Below, piece after piece: positions 30,513 to 48,900 of a DNA stretch of 64,000 nt. Position 1 is the stretch's first letter. Every line of letters starts with the position of its first letter. Source of the DNA: Cyanobacteriota bacterium. GTDB lineage: Bacteria; Cyanobacteriota; Cyanobacteriia; Cyanobacteriales; Nostocaceae. The stretch spans positions 32,001-96,000 of the forward strand of contig JBJOKS010000008.1 of NCBI GenBank assembly GCA_046045965.1, read 5' to 3'. Under the pieces are notes generated by a model. That model saw only the letters and a program-made list of their open reading frames with translations, made no database searches and had not been told where the DNA came from. The position numbers and the translations under genes are program-made.

Positions 30513-32168
30513 CTAATTACTCTCACTTTCTGATTTTTCCCAAGACTTCTCTTCTTTTTGAGCTTGATTATCAGCAGGTGTATTTGACTTTGTTTCTTGT
30601 GTTGGTACAACCACAGCAGAAGAATCTGTACTCTGAGATTGCTTTGGTATAGTTGGTACGACGACAGAATTGTTAGGTGGTGGTGGTGCTGGTATAACTA
30701 CAGGTGCTTCTGGTTTTGCCGGTTGGGGTGAGTCGTTATTCTCAATAGCAGGGGGTAAGATATTTTCTGGGGATGCAGTAGGTTCAGGAGATGATTTAGC
30801 TTCCCGTAGCTTCTCAACTATAGATGGTGTGGGAGCAACCACAGGTGTAGATGTGGTTTGTTGATTTTTGCGTCGTGGGGTTTCTGAATAATTATCTTGA
30901 GGTGAAGTTTGTTCAGAAACGCGATCGCTAGTAGGAGTTGGTTCTGGAGAAAAACTACGTTTACGCTTGCGTCGTTCTGAAGTAGAAAATGATGCAGACT
31001 CACGGGTAGAATTGTTTTGATTATTTTGAATTCGAGGTAATGGTGTAGCTTCAACCATCGGTTGTGGTGTGGTAGATTCTTGAGTAGGTTGTTCAAAAAG
31101 TGGTTGGGGGGTTTGTAACTGAGATTTTGGTAACATTCTCGTGACGCTAAACCCTGCTGTCACAGCAACAAAAGCGACACCAACGCTAATAAATACCTTA
31201 GATGAGCCGAGTTTTTTTGGTAATGCTGTAACTTTGCTAACTGGTGATGGTGTCGTAGCAGGAATAGGTACAGGTTGTTTTAGCCGATTTTCTAACTCTA
31301 GGGCTGATAAATCTATGGTCGGTGCTGGTTGCGTGGGTAGTTGCGGTGTGATCTCAAAGCCGCTTTCAGGTAATAATTTTAGCCACTCTGCTACTGTAGC
31401 GGGGCGAAACCGAGACTCCACAGCCATACCGCGCATAACAGCTTGATTAATGGCTGCACTCAGATGGGGTTGCAGTTCACGAGGAGAGGGCATTGGTTCT
31501 CTATCACGTAATAATGCAGGTATGGGAACTTGTCCGGTTAACAGTGCATACAAAGTTGCCGCTAAACCATAAACATCGGTAGCTGAGGTGCGCGGTGCTT
31601 GGGTTAAATATTGTTCAATGGGTGCATAACCCTCACTCACTAAGCCTGTGTGAGTTTGTTTAACACCGCTGTTAAATTCTCTGGCTATGCCAAAATCAAT
31701 CAGCACTACTTCCTGCGTTCCTTGGCGGAGGATAATATTATCAGGTTTAATATCTCGATGCAGCAAACCGTTGTTATGTACTACCTGCAATGCTGCCCCA
31801 ATTTGGCGGATATAATGAATTGCTGTCTCCTCTGATAAAGGTATTCCTGGTAACACAAAGGCTTGTCCTAATGTTTCCCCTGGAATATATTCCATCACCA
31901 TGTAAGGTAGTCCATCTTCTACAAAAAAGTCACTAACTCGGACAATGTTGGGATGGATGCAAGTGGCTAATCTTCTGGCTTCATCTTGAAATTGACGCTC
32001 GAATTTAGGAAAATCAGAATGTTGTCTGAGTCTTTCATTAATAGTTTTCATCACTACTTCTTGACCTAAGTAATGATGCGTAGCTTTGAAGGTAATACCA
32101 AATCCACCTCTCCCTATTTCTTGGATTATGGTATATTTTCCACTCTGCAAAATTGTACCTGTTAACAT
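30513..32168 (-). CDS. Hanks-type Ser/Thr protein kinase with TM segment and Pro/Thr-rich tail
   Basis: [29 protein letters not shown] and TDVYGLA motifs. Confidence 0.93.
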   Translation of the reverse strand: MLTGTILQSGKYTIIQEIGRGGFGITFKATHHYLGQEVVMKTINERLRQHSDFPKFERQFQDEARRLATCIHPNIVRVSDFFVEDGLPYMVMEYIPGETLGQAFVLPGIPLSEETAIHYIRQIGAALQVVHNNGLLHRDIKPDNIILRQGTQEVVLIDFGIAREFNSGVKQTHTGLVSEGYAPIEQYLTQAPRTSATDVYGLAATLYALLTGQVPIPALLRDREPMPSPRELQPHLSAAINQAVMRGMAVESRFRPATVAEWLKLLPESGFEITPQLPTQPAPTIDLSALELENRLKQPVPIPATTPSPVSKVTALPKKLGSSKVFISVGVAFVAVTAGFSVTRMLPKSQLQTPQPLFEQPTQESTTPQPMVEATPLPRIQNNQNNSTRESASFSTSERRKRKRSFSPEPTPTSDRVSEQTSPQDNYSETPRRKNQQTTSTPVVAPTPSIVEKLREAKSSPEPTASPENILPPAIENNDSPQPAKPEAPVVIPAPPPPNNSVVVPTIPKQSQSTDSSAVVVPTQETKSNTPADNQAQKEEKSWEKSESESN

Positions 32169-32462
32169 AGGGATTCTTGAGTCCTAATTGAGCAGCTGAC
32201 ACTCCCATCAATGGTTTTGTCTTTATCAGTCTAGAACTTTTTTGTGGGTTTGGAGTTGAGGAGTTGTTTGGTGGATGATAAAGGGGAGTGTTTGCACAGG
32301 ATAACTGGAATTTGCGGAACTGACAAGGAATTTAAAGCGGATGTGGATACCTTTAAGATTTATTTTTATACAAAAAAGCGGGAATTTTAGATAGCGAAGC
32401 TATGCTGCAAGCAGTTTACCAGTTCTAAATCCCCAAACGATCAATTTTCCTTATGTGACAGT

Positions 32463-33446
32463 TTAGGGTGCGGAATGTGGGATATTAATCTTTAAGGTTT
32501 CCTGATTAGGAATTATTCTTGCATCATCAGATGATTCATCTTCAAGTGTGGAAGATGGGTTAGAACGAAGTCGAATTAAATAGAAGCCATCTTTTTCAAC
32601 CACAGGAGTTGTGTGTTTTTCTTCCTTGATCTGATACCAAATAACTGGAAGACTAGAACGATTATATATAGTTAAATAGACATCATATTTATTCAGTAAT
32701 AACGGATTTATTTGGAAGTTTAAAGAGCAACCCTGATAAATCACCCCATAGAAAAACTCGTTATTTGTATCTCCAACAGGTAAATATTCTTGCTGAACCC
32801 ATTTTTGTGATATCCATTTTTGGCAAATGAGTAGAGTGAATATGTAATAATTAAGGCAGCGATAAAAAATATTATCTCGTACTGTTAAATTTTTGAGGTA
32901 ATCGTTGATATCATCATTGTTAATTGCTTGAGTATTAATAATTTGATTTCCATCTACATTGATAGCTGGTAAATCAACCTGATCAGACCAACGATAGTAT
33001 CTTATGCCTAAAGTATATTTTCCAGGATTAAGCTTTAATTGATGCCATTGTTCCTGAAAACTTGAACCATCAGATGCTATATGTGTAATAGCTTTTGCAC
33101 TAGGGAAGCTATAAACACCAATAGTCCATGATTGGGCTGAATCTAGACAAGATTTTACATCTATGGCTAACGATTCCTTAACATCAAATGGTCCAGCACC
33201 AGCAGCAATTACATGGGGATTCCAACGGGGACCAGTAACTAGAATAGATGGTAATATTAAAGGCTTTCTTAGTAGTTCATCAGAGTATAATAGCCATTTA
33301 AAAACTGTTTTTTTGTTAAAATTTGCATTGATATTTACAAGAGTGCGTATTAAAAACCTCACAGTTTTAAAGAATATCCAAGATAAAAAAGCCAGTGGAA
33401 TTTCCCACAAAAGTTCTATATCTAAAAGGTTTTCGCTATTTCTCAT
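32463..33446 (-). CDS. Conserved hypothetical protein, DUF6208-like, last gene of the PKS operon
   Basis: WEIPLAFLS...GPRWNPH...GPFDV...SWTIGVYSFP...YLPVG motifs, recalled from a cyanobacterial DUF family; starts 24 bp after the PKS stop. Confidence 0.6.
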   Translation of the reverse strand: MRNSENLLDIELLWEIPLAFLSWIFFKTVRFLIRTLVNINANFNKKTVFKWLLYSDELLRKPLILPSILVTGPRWNPHVIAAGAGPFDVKESLAIDVKSCLDSAQSWTIGVYSFPSAKAITHIASDGSSFQEQWHQLKLNPGKYTLGIRYYRWSDQVDLPAINVDGNQIINTQAINNDDINDYLKNLTVRDNIFYRCLNYYIFTLLICQKWISQKWVQQEYLPVGDTNNEFFYGVIYQGCSLNFQINPLLLNKYDVYLTIYNRSSLPVIWYQIKEEKHTTPVVEKDGFYLIRLRSNPSSTLEDESSDDARIIPNQETLKINIPHSAP

Positions 33447-33470
33447 TGATTAATTACCTGATGGTGTTGT

Positions 33471-40148
<6,678 letters not shown>

Positions 40149-40149
40149 G

Positions 40150-43100
40150 TTATACCTCCTTGTTAAGTAGGTTTTGGATCTGTTTGAGTTTTTCGGTAAT
40201 CGCGTCCGTTGCTGGTTCTGGGGAAGTTGCTTGTTTGTCTCCAGAAACATCTACTGGTGGTTGTTGTTGACCATTGTTGGCAATTTCAACCGTCGCTGCT
40301 AGTTTTTCTGCCAAAACCTCTGTGACTAGATACTCAGCTAAAGACTCAATATTCGAGTATTCAAACAAAATTGTTGAGGAAACAGCACAACCCAAACTGG
40401 TTTGTAGCAAATTTCTTAACTCTAAAGCCAGCAAAGAATCCATTCCCATATCAAAAAATCCTAGTTGTGGGTCTAGCAGTTGAGTGTCAGGGAATCCTAG
40501 TAACTTACCGACAACACCTTGGAGATAAGTCGTCATTATTTGGAGGCGATCACTCGTTTTAGCTGCCTTTAGTTCTGCCAAAAACTCGTTAGTCTGAGTT
40601 TCTTGGACTACAGATTGAGAATCAATAAATGCCTCCAATACTGGCATCTTCATTCCTGCTGGCAATTGTGTGACAAATTGAGGCCAGTTCACAGGAAACA
40701 CCCCTACTGAAGTTGCAGATTGACCCAACAACCGATCTAAAAGTTGCAACCCCTGTTCTGGAGGAATGCTACCCATACCTAGAGAACGAATTCGGCTTTG
40801 GAATTGATCTGCTAACCGACTTGCCATACCGCTTTCTCCCCAAGCACCCCAGTTTACACTTAATCCTGGTAAACCTAGCGATCGCCGATGCTGTGCCAAG
40901 CCATCCAGGAAAGCGTTAGCGGCTGCATAATTACCTTGACCAGTTGAACCTAACAAAGATGCTGCTGAGGAAAAACCAACAAAGAAGTCCAACGGTAACT
41001 CCTGTGTTAATTGGTGCAGATGCCATCCCCCTTGAATTTTCGGAGCCATGACTTTTGTAAACCGTTCCCAGTTCATCTGCTGTAGAACCCCATCATCCAA
41101 GACTCCTGCGGCATGAATCACACCCCGCAATGGTGGTAGGGATGCCTTGATCTGTTCTACAATCCTGGCTGCATCTTGTTTAACCGCAATATCTGCCAAC
41201 AATACTGAAACTTGAACTCCGGTTTGTTCTATTTCGGTAATGGTTTGTTGTGCTGTTTCTGAGGGTTGCCGTCGTCCTGTCAATACCAAATGTTTAGCAC
41301 CCTTATCTGCCAGCCACTTAGCCAACTGTAGTCCTAACGCCCCCAGTCCACCAGTAATTAGATAACTGCCTTCAGGAGTAATGGTAATTTCTGGCTGTTC
41401 TTCAGTAATTGCCTGTTTTTGGCGTACCAGTCGCGCTACCCGACGTTCTCCCTGACGGTAAGCAATCTGATTTTCGTCTGTTGTTGAGCAGAGTTCTTGA
41501 TGTAGCTGTTGTACCAGTTCTGCTTCTGTGGTGTTCGCTTCTAAGTCAAGTAACCGACATTGCAGTTCTGGATGTTCGAGAGCTACCACCCGACCTAATC
41601 CCCACACTGGTGTTTGTTGCACTTGCACTGCTTCGCCGTCTGTACCCATACTCATCGCTCCTTGGGTGACTACCCACAAAGGAGCTACCTGTTGCTGTTT
41701 GGTCTGTACCAAAGCTTGTACCAGATGTAGCAGACTCGAACAACCAGATTCTATGGCTGTTTCTAACTGAATATCAGTTGTTGACAGATTCCACAGATGA
41801 ACAATTCCCTGAAGTTGTGAGTTTTGAGCAGTGATTTCACCTAACAGACGTTTAAATTCTTCGGGAGCAGTGGGATTAAGTTGATAGTGTTTTGCGTCTA
41901 TCTTTTGATAACTTAAACCAGGCGATACAAAAATACATCCTGTACCCAATTTTTGCACTAACCCTTGTGCCAAAGTCCCTGGTTCTGTAAATACTAACCA
42001 GTTTCCTGTTGTTTGTTGTGAAGGAGTTGAGGGTTTTTGGGCTTGCCATTCTAGTTCATAAAGCCAACGCTGTGGTGTTACCTCTGAATAAGATGATAGT
42101 TGAGCCAGTATTTGTTGATTCCACTCAGCTATTTTTTCCTTGGATAACTGTTGTTGCTTTTGAGCCGTTAGCAATACATAGCTGGCTATGCCTTTGCTGA
42201 GAACTTTACCTAATTGATAGTAAGATTTGAAACCAGACCTGACGTTATCATCACGATTTCTTTGATACAACTGCTCCAAACGTTCCTCAAAGTCTGCATC
42301 GTACAAAAAGTTAGATATTTCTGGACTCACATCAATGGCTGCAACCAATTGAAGATGATGTTCAGATAGTAACTCTACCCACTCTGATTTAGTAATAAAG
42401 TAGGAAGATGTTTCTTGGTGATCAATGGACAATTCGCTGTTAGAGATGAAATCTGCTAACACCAAATATCCCTGTTGATTCAAATGATTGCCGATATTGG
42501 TAAATAATGCTTTTTTATCGAGAATGTGGTGGGCAACTTCAAACCCAAATACTAAATCATAGTTGTCGGGAAACTCATCTTTGGCACTATCTCGATTAAA
42601 GATTTTTACCCGTTCTTGGAGTTGATTTTCGTCTGCTTTTGTGCTACCCAGTTTGGCTTGTTCACTGGAAATTGTGTAGCCATTCAATTGCAGATGTTCA
42701 TGTTTTTTGGCTAACTGAATTAAATCGGAAGCGTATCCACAGCCAAAGTCTAAAACTTTTTGACAAGCGGAAAAATCAACTTGAGCAAACAATAATTTTC
42801 TCAACTCTTTTTGAGACTCAAGAATCATCTGACGTGATTTTTCTTGATTCGGTTCGGTGAGACATTTAATCCAAGAAAAATCAGGTACTTTTTCCGGGAA
42901 TAACCCAAAGGTTAAGAATGCGGAGTCTGATTTTGCATCTTCCTGATTTCCAGCTTGTTCTTGACCCAAAATTGCGACAGCATTGTAATATTCGTGAACG
43001 ACACCACCTTTAAATTCCAGATAATTTTGCTGTCTTTTAACCAAAAGTCCCAGTAATTTTGGCAGTAATTCTCGCTCTTGTGCGGTCAGTTCCCCAGCTA

Positions 43101-45951
43101 ATTCTAATTCCTGAGCTAACCCCTCTGTTGCACCTTGGTTGAGCAATTGCACAATTGGCGTTGAAACAGTTTTATCATTGTTTTGTTCCACTTCCTGCCA
43201 ATAGCGTTGCCGTTGAAATGGATAAGTTGGCAATGTTACTTTGCGACGGGGATAATCACTATCAAATCCTGACCAATCTATTGCTACTCCTTTTGTGTAT
43301 AGTTGCCCTAAACTGGAGAGGATTTGTTGCCAATCTTCTTGCGGTGGACGTAATGAAGGCAACCAAGTACCTACTTCTTCTGGTAAACATTGACGACCCA
43401 TTCCCAGGAGTATGGGTTTAGGTCCAATTTCCATGAAGATTTTATATCCTTCCCGATGCAAAGTTTGCATACTCTGGGCAAAATGTACTGGTTGTCGGAC
43501 ATGGTTTACCCAATATTCTGGGGTGGTGATGGCTGCTGTTGCCTGTTTTCCGGTGACATTAGAAATTATGGGTATGCACGGTTGATTGTACGTAATTTCT
43601 TGAGCAATAGCTGCAAACTCCCCTAACATTGGTTCCATCAGCGGGGAGTGGAAAGCATGAGACACTTGTAGGGGTTTGGTCTTGATTCCCATGTCTGCGA
43701 AATTCTGACAAATTGCTTCTATGGCTTCACCAACACCAGAAATCACAATACTGTCTGGACCATTGATAGCTGCGATTGCTACTTTATCTGCATAAGTGGC
43801 AATTGCTTCCTTTACCTGCGACTCTGAGGCCAAAACGGATACCATCTCTCCACCGCTGGGTAACTGCTGCATTAACCTGCCCCTAGCTGCAATCAGTTTT
43901 AGTCCATCTTCTAGGCTGAATACGCCGGCTATAGTTGCTGCTACATATTCGCCTACGCTATGACCCATGACTACATCTGGTTTGATGCCCCAAGATTGCC
44001 ACAATTTAGCCAAAGCGTATTCTATGGCAAAAAGCGCAGGTTGAGTGTATGCAGTTTGATCTAAAAGTGCGGAATTTTCTACCAGTGCTGTTGATTGTGG
44101 ATAAAGCACCGATAACAAAGGCTGATCTAGGTAAGGACGCAGAATTTCATTACATTCTTCCAAAACTTGCCTAAAAGTGGGTTGAGTTTGGTATAGTTCC
44201 CAACCCATATTTACATACTGGCTACCCTGACCTGTAAACAGAAAAGCTACTTTAGGTGAACTTGTGCTAGTTGAGATTTGACCAGAAAATAGTCCAGTAA
44301 CTTCCTTACCTGCGGACAGATTGCTGAGTTTTGTAGCGAGTTCAGCTTTATCACCAGTAATCACTGCCAGTCGATGATTAAAATGCGATCGCCCTGTATT
44401 TGCGGTGTAACAAATGTCTTTTAGCTCTAATTCTGGATGATTTTCCAGATGTTGGGCATAACTACGAACTAATTCTTCCAGAGCCTTGGGAGTTTTTGCT
44501 GAGAGAGATAATATATCTAATTTACGTTCTAAAGATTCTTCTGATGGAACTTGTGCTGGTGCTTCTTCCAAAATTATATGCACGTTTGTCCCACTAATTC
44601 CGAAGGCACTGATACCCGCCATCCTGGGCTGATTACCGACATTCCAGGGAATTGCTGAAGTAGGAACTACCAAAGGCAGTTGATGCCAAGGAATATGGGG
44701 ATTGGGTTGGTTTAAGTGCAAATGGGGTGGTATTTCTTGATTCTGAAGCGATAAAACCACCTTAATCAAACCAGAAACTCCTGCTGCTGCTTCCAAATGC
44801 CCAAAATTGGTTTTGACTGAACCTACTACCAAGGGTTGATTTATGGGGCGATTTTTGCCATAAACTGCTGCCAAAGACTCTAACTCAATCGGATCTCCCA
44901 GAGATGTTCCAGTGCCGTGCGCTTCCACATAGCTGACTTGATGCGGCTCTACTCTCGCATTTTGTAGTGCTTGCTGAATTACTTCTTTCTGAGCCATTTT
45001 GTTGGGAACTGTCAGACCGCTACTTGGTCCGTCATGGTTGACAGCCGAACCTCGAATCACCGCTAAAACGTTATCACCATCAGCTATAGCATCGGAAAGA
45101 CGTTTTAGAACTACCATTCCACATCCTTCTCCCTGTCCATAACCATCTGCGGAAACATCAAATGTTTTGCAGCGACCATCTGGAGCTAAGGCTTTCAATT
45201 GGCAACGAGCAATAGTGCTGAGTGGCCAGAGAATCAGATTTACTCCACCGGCGAGGGCAAGATTAGATTCTTGGGAACGCAAGCTCTGGCAAGCTAGATG
45301 GACAGTTAGTAATGAAGAGGAACAGGCAGTATCTAGCTGAATATTCGGACCTTGTAAGCCAAGGAAGTGAGAAATACGACCTACAGCCATACTGCGGGCG
45401 TTACCTGTACCAGAATGACTATCAAATAAGTGGAGCTTTTCCAGACTCACATTCCGTTGGCCATAGTCATCTGTGCAAATACCTACATATACACCTGTTT
45501 GGCTATTTCTGAGTTTTGTTGGTGTTTGTCCGGCATTTTCTAGAGCTTCCCAAGTAACTTCTAAAAGCAGTCTTTGTTGAGGGTCTAAACTTACTGCTTC
45601 TCTGGGAGAAATCCCAAAAAATACAGGATCGAACTGGTCTACTTTTTCGATAAAACCACCTTGTTTGGTGTATGTTTTCCCAGGTTTATCGGGATTGGGA
45701 TCATAGAAGGCATCAACATCCCAGCGACCAGGTGGGACTTCTGTTACACCATCAATACCTTCATGCAATAAACGCCAGAATGAGGCAGAGTCATTGGCAT
45801 TACCAGGAAATCTGCAACCTAAACCAATAATGGCAATAGGTTCAGTTTTTTCTTTGTTGACTGCTTCCAGTCTATTTCGCATTTCTTTGATAGTTTGAAG
45901 CACTTGTTGAGAGGAAACAATTTGTTGTTCTGTCTCTGAATTATTAGTCAT
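40150..45951 (-). CDS. Type I PKS module KS-AT-O-methyltransferase-KR-ACP (CurL-like) [PKS4]
   Basis: Intact KS; malonyl AT (HAFH); [14 protein letters not shown] and [21 protein letters not shown]; start ATG 45951. Confidence 0.9.
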   Translation of the reverse strand: MTNNSETEQQIVSSQQVLQTIKEMRNRLEAVNKEKTEPIAIIGLGCRFPGNANDSASFWRLLHEGIDGVTEVPPGRWDVDAFYDPNPDKPGKTYTKQGGFIEKVDQFDPVFFGISPREAVSLDPQQRLLLEVTWEALENAGQTPTKLRNSQTGVYVGICTDDYGQRNVSLEKLHLFDSHSGTGNARSMAVGRISHFLGLQGPNIQLDTACSSSLLTVHLACQSLRSQESNLALAGGVNLILWPLSTIARCQLKALAPDGRCKTFDVSADGYGQGEGCGMVVLKRLSDAIADGDNVLAVIRGSAVNHDGPSSGLTVPNKMAQKEVIQQALQNARVEPHQVSYVEAHGTGTSLGDPIELESLAAVYGKNRPINQPLVVGSVKTNFGHLEAAAGVSGLIKVVLSLQNQEIPPHLHLNQPNPHIPWHQLPLVVPTSAIPWNVGNQPRMAGISAFGISGTNVHIILEEAPAQVPSEESLERKLDILSLSAKTPKALEELVRSYAQHLENHPELELKDICYTANTGRSHFNHRLAVITGDKAELATKLSNLSAGKEVTGLFSGQISTSTSSPKVAFLFTGQGSQYVNMGWELYQTQPTFRQVLEECNEILRPYLDQPLLSVLYPQSTALVENSALLDQTAYTQPALFAIEYALAKLWQSWGIKPDVVMGHSVGEYVAATIAGVFSLEDGLKLIAARGRLMQQLPSGGEMVSVLASESQVKEAIATYADKVAIAAINGPDSIVISGVGEAIEAICQNFADMGIKTKPLQVSHAFHSPLMEPMLGEFAAIAQEITYNQPCIPIISNVTGKQATAAITTPEYWVNHVRQPVHFAQSMQTLHREGYKIFMEIGPKPILLGMGRQCLPEEVGTWLPSLRPPQEDWQQILSSLGQLYTKGVAIDWSGFDSDYPRRKVTLPTYPFQRQRYWQEVEQNNDKTVSTPIVQLLNQGATEGLAQELELAGELTAQERELLPKLLGLLVKRQQNYLEFKGGVVHEYYNAVAILGQEQAGNQEDAKSDSAFLTFGLFPEKVPDFSWIKCLTEPNQEKSRQMILESQKELRKLLFAQVDFSACQKVLDFGCGYASDLIQLAKKHEHLQLNGYTISSEQAKLGSTKADENQLQERVKIFNRDSAKDEFPDNYDLVFGFEVAHHILDKKALFTNIGNHLNQQGYLVLADFISNSELSIDHQETSSYFITKSEWVELLSEHHLQLVAAIDVSPEISNFLYDADFEERLEQLYQRNRDDNVRSGFKSYYQLGKVLSKGIASYVLLTAQKQQQLSKEKIAEWNQQILAQLSSYSEVTPQRWLYELEWQAQKPSTPSQQTTGNWLVFTEPGTLAQGLVQKLGTGCIFVSPGLSYQKIDAKHYQLNPTAPEEFKRLLGEITAQNSQLQGIVHLWNLSTTDIQLETAIESGCSSLLHLVQALVQTKQQQVAPLWVVTQGAMSMGTDGEAVQVQQTPVWGLGRVVALEHPELQCRLLDLEANTTEAELVQQLHQELCSTTDENQIAYRQGERRVARLVRQKQAITEEQPEITITPEGSYLITGGLGALGLQLAKWLADKGAKHLVLTGRRQPSETAQQTITEIEQTGVQVSVLLADIAVKQDAARIVEQIKASLPPLRGVIHAAGVLDDGVLQQMNWERFTKVMAPKIQGGWHLHQLTQELPLDFFVGFSSAASLLGSTGQGNYAAANAFLDGLAQHRRSLGLPGLSVNWGAWGESGMASRLADQFQSRIRSLGMGSIPPEQGLQLLDRLLGQSATSVGVFPVNWPQFVTQLPAGMKMPVLEAFIDSQSVVQETQTNEFLAELKAAKTSDRLQIMTTYLQGVVGKLLGFPDTQLLDPQLGFFDMGMDSLLALELRNLLQTSLGCAVSSTILFEYSNIESLAEYLVTEVLAEKLAATVEIANNGQQQPPVDVSGDKQATSPEPATDAITEKLKQIQNLLNKEV

Positions 45952-45952
45952 T

Positions 45953-48900
45953 TTATATTTCTTGGTGAAGTAAAAGTTGAATTTCTTTAAGTTCATCCTG
46001 AAGAGCAGTCGCAATTAGTTCCTCTTGAATGGCCTTGGCGATCGCTTCTTCATCTAATGCTTTGAGTTCTCTATCAACAAACTGTTGTTGATTCTCATTG
46101 CTATCAATTTCCAATTTCTGCTCTAATTCCCCTCCGAAAATCTTTGTTATTAAATACTTGGCCAGCTTTTGAATATTAAAATGCTCAGACAATGTGGTTA
46201 CTGAAATAGAACAATTGAAACTTGTTTCTAATAGATTCCTGAGTTCGAGCATCGTCGAATAGTTCATACCCATATCAAAGAATCCTAACTGTGAATCTGG
46301 ACTTTGGGTATCATCAAATCCTAACAATTGAGTAATCAAATCTTGCAGGTAATTTATCATTAGCTGCTGGCGTTCTCCCTGGGGAGTTTTCTCCAGTTTT
46401 TGGAAAATTCCTAAGTCTTGTGCTGGCGATTGATCATATTCTTGAAACCGAGTAGTTAAAATTTTTAGGAGTTTAGGTAGCAATTTTTGCTCTTGTTCTG
46501 TCAGTTGTTCCTGGAAATTCAACTCATCTGCTAACTGCTCCGTATTAATTTTATTTAGTAATTCAGCAATTGTATTTAGGCTATTGTCCAGGATATCTTG
46601 TTGATGTCCATTTTGTTGATTTCTTTTTTCAGAAGTTTCCAGCCAATAGCGTTGTCTTTGAAACGGATAAGTAGGCAGTGCTACTTTGTGTCTCGGATCA
46701 TCTCGGTCAAACCCGGACCAGTCCACTTTCACCCCTTTTACATACAACTGCCCTAAACTGGAAAGCATCTGTTGCCAATCTTCTTGATCAGGATTTAATG
46801 AAGGCAAGCATAATCCCAAATCTTCTGATAAATATTGCTGTCCTATTTCTACGAGTATTGGCTGCGGACTAATTTCCAAAAATAGTTTATATCCTGACTG
46901 ATGCAGAGTTTGCATACTCTGAGTAAAATCCACAGGTTGTCCGATCTGGTCTATCCAATATTCAGGAGTGGCAATTTCTGATGTGGCTTTTTCTCCAGTT
47001 AGATGAGATATGATCGGGATCTGAGGCTGGCTGTAGGTAACTCCTTTAGCTACCGCTTCAAATTCCCCTGATCTAGATTCTACGAGCCTTGCTCTAGTTG
47101 TAATCAGTTTCAGTGCATCTTCTAAGCTGAATACTCCAGCAACAGTTGCTGCTACATATTCGCCTATACTATCACCCATCACCACATCTGGTTTGATGCC
47201 CCAAGATTGCCACAATTTAGCCAAAGCGTATTCTATGGCAAAAAGTGCTGGTTGGCTATAAGCGGGTTGGTCTAGTAGAGATGAACTTTGCTTATCTATG
47301 GTTGGAGGATAGAGAACGGAAAGCAGGGGATATTCTAAATCACCACGGAGAATTTGATCACATTGGTCGATGGCTTGCCGAAATACAAATGTTTTTTGAT
47401 ACAAATCCTTTCCCATTTGTACATACTGGGAATCTTGAGCGGTGAATAAGAAGGCTACTTTCGGCGAACTAGCATTGCTAGGTAATTGCCCGGAAAATAG
47501 TCCATTTACCTGTTCAGCTTGTAAATAATGATGGAGTTTTTCTGCTAATTCTTGTTGGTTAGTGGCGATCGCAGCTATTCGATGGTTAAAGTGGGCGCGT
47601 CCAGTATTGGCTGTATAACAAATGTCTGCTAGTTCCAATTCCCGATGATTTTCCAGATGATTGCGGTAAAGACTGACTAACTCTTCCAGAGCTTGTGGAG
47701 TTTTCGCCGACAAGGTTAATAGATGAAGTGGACGTTCGCTGGCATTCTCTATTTTCGCTGGAACGGGGGCTTCTTCTAAAACGACATGAGCATTGGTACC
47801 ACTAAAACCAAAAGAGCTAACCCCCGCAATTCGTGTTTGCGAATTAACTGACCAAGGAGTGAGTTGAGTTGGGACACTAACTGGTAGTTGATCCCAGTTG
47901 ATGTAAGGATTAGGCTTCTTCAGATGCAAATGGGGAACAATTTCCTGATGTTGCAATTGTAGGACGACCTTGATCAGACCTGCTATACCCGCCGCCGCTT
48001 CTAAGTGACCCATATTGGTCTTGAGTGAACCAATCATCAAGGGATTTTCTTGGCAATGATTCCCACTAAATACTGCCCCTAATGCCCCCACTTCAATGGG
48101 GTCTCCCAGAGATGTACCTGTACCGTGGGCTTCAATATAACTGACCTGGGATGGTTCAACCCCGCCATTTTCTAAAGCCTGAGAAATGACTTTTTGCTGG
48201 GATGGTCCATTGGGTACTGTCAAACCGCCAGAAGAACCATCATGGTTAATGGCAGAGCCTCGAATCAATGCTAAAATATTATCTTGGTTTTTGATCGCAT
48301 CTGAGAGTCGCTTGAGGACAATCACACCACAACCTTCCCCCCGCACATAACCATCCGCGTCGGCATCAAAGGTTTTACAACTACCATCAGGAGATAACAT
48401 TCTCGCCCGTGAGAAGACGATGCTGCCTTCTGGTGAGAGCAGCAAGTTTACCCCACCTGCTAAGGCCAGACTACACTCCTGCTGACGCAAGCTTTGACAG
48501 GCTAAGTGTACAGCGACTAAGGAAGAAGAACAAGCGGTATCTACAGCCAAAGAAGGTCCAGTTAATCCCAGAAAGTATGAAAGTCTGCCGGCAACAGTGC
48601 TGTAAGCATTGCCAGTGCCAAAATAAGCATTGAGTTCCTTAGCTGCTGAAAGTCTTCTAGCGTAATCATTATTACAAATACCAATAAATACTCCTGCGGG
48701 GCTGTCAGATAACTTTTCAGGGACTTGATGAGAATCTTCTAGGGCTTGCCAACTCACTTCCAGCAATATGCGCTGTTGGGGATCAAGACTCATTGCTTCC
48801 CGAGGTGAAATATTAAAGAAACTCGCATCAAAAGTCTCTACGTCATTGACAAAACTGCCGTAACGGGTATACATTTTGCCGATCGCATTGGGATCGGGGT

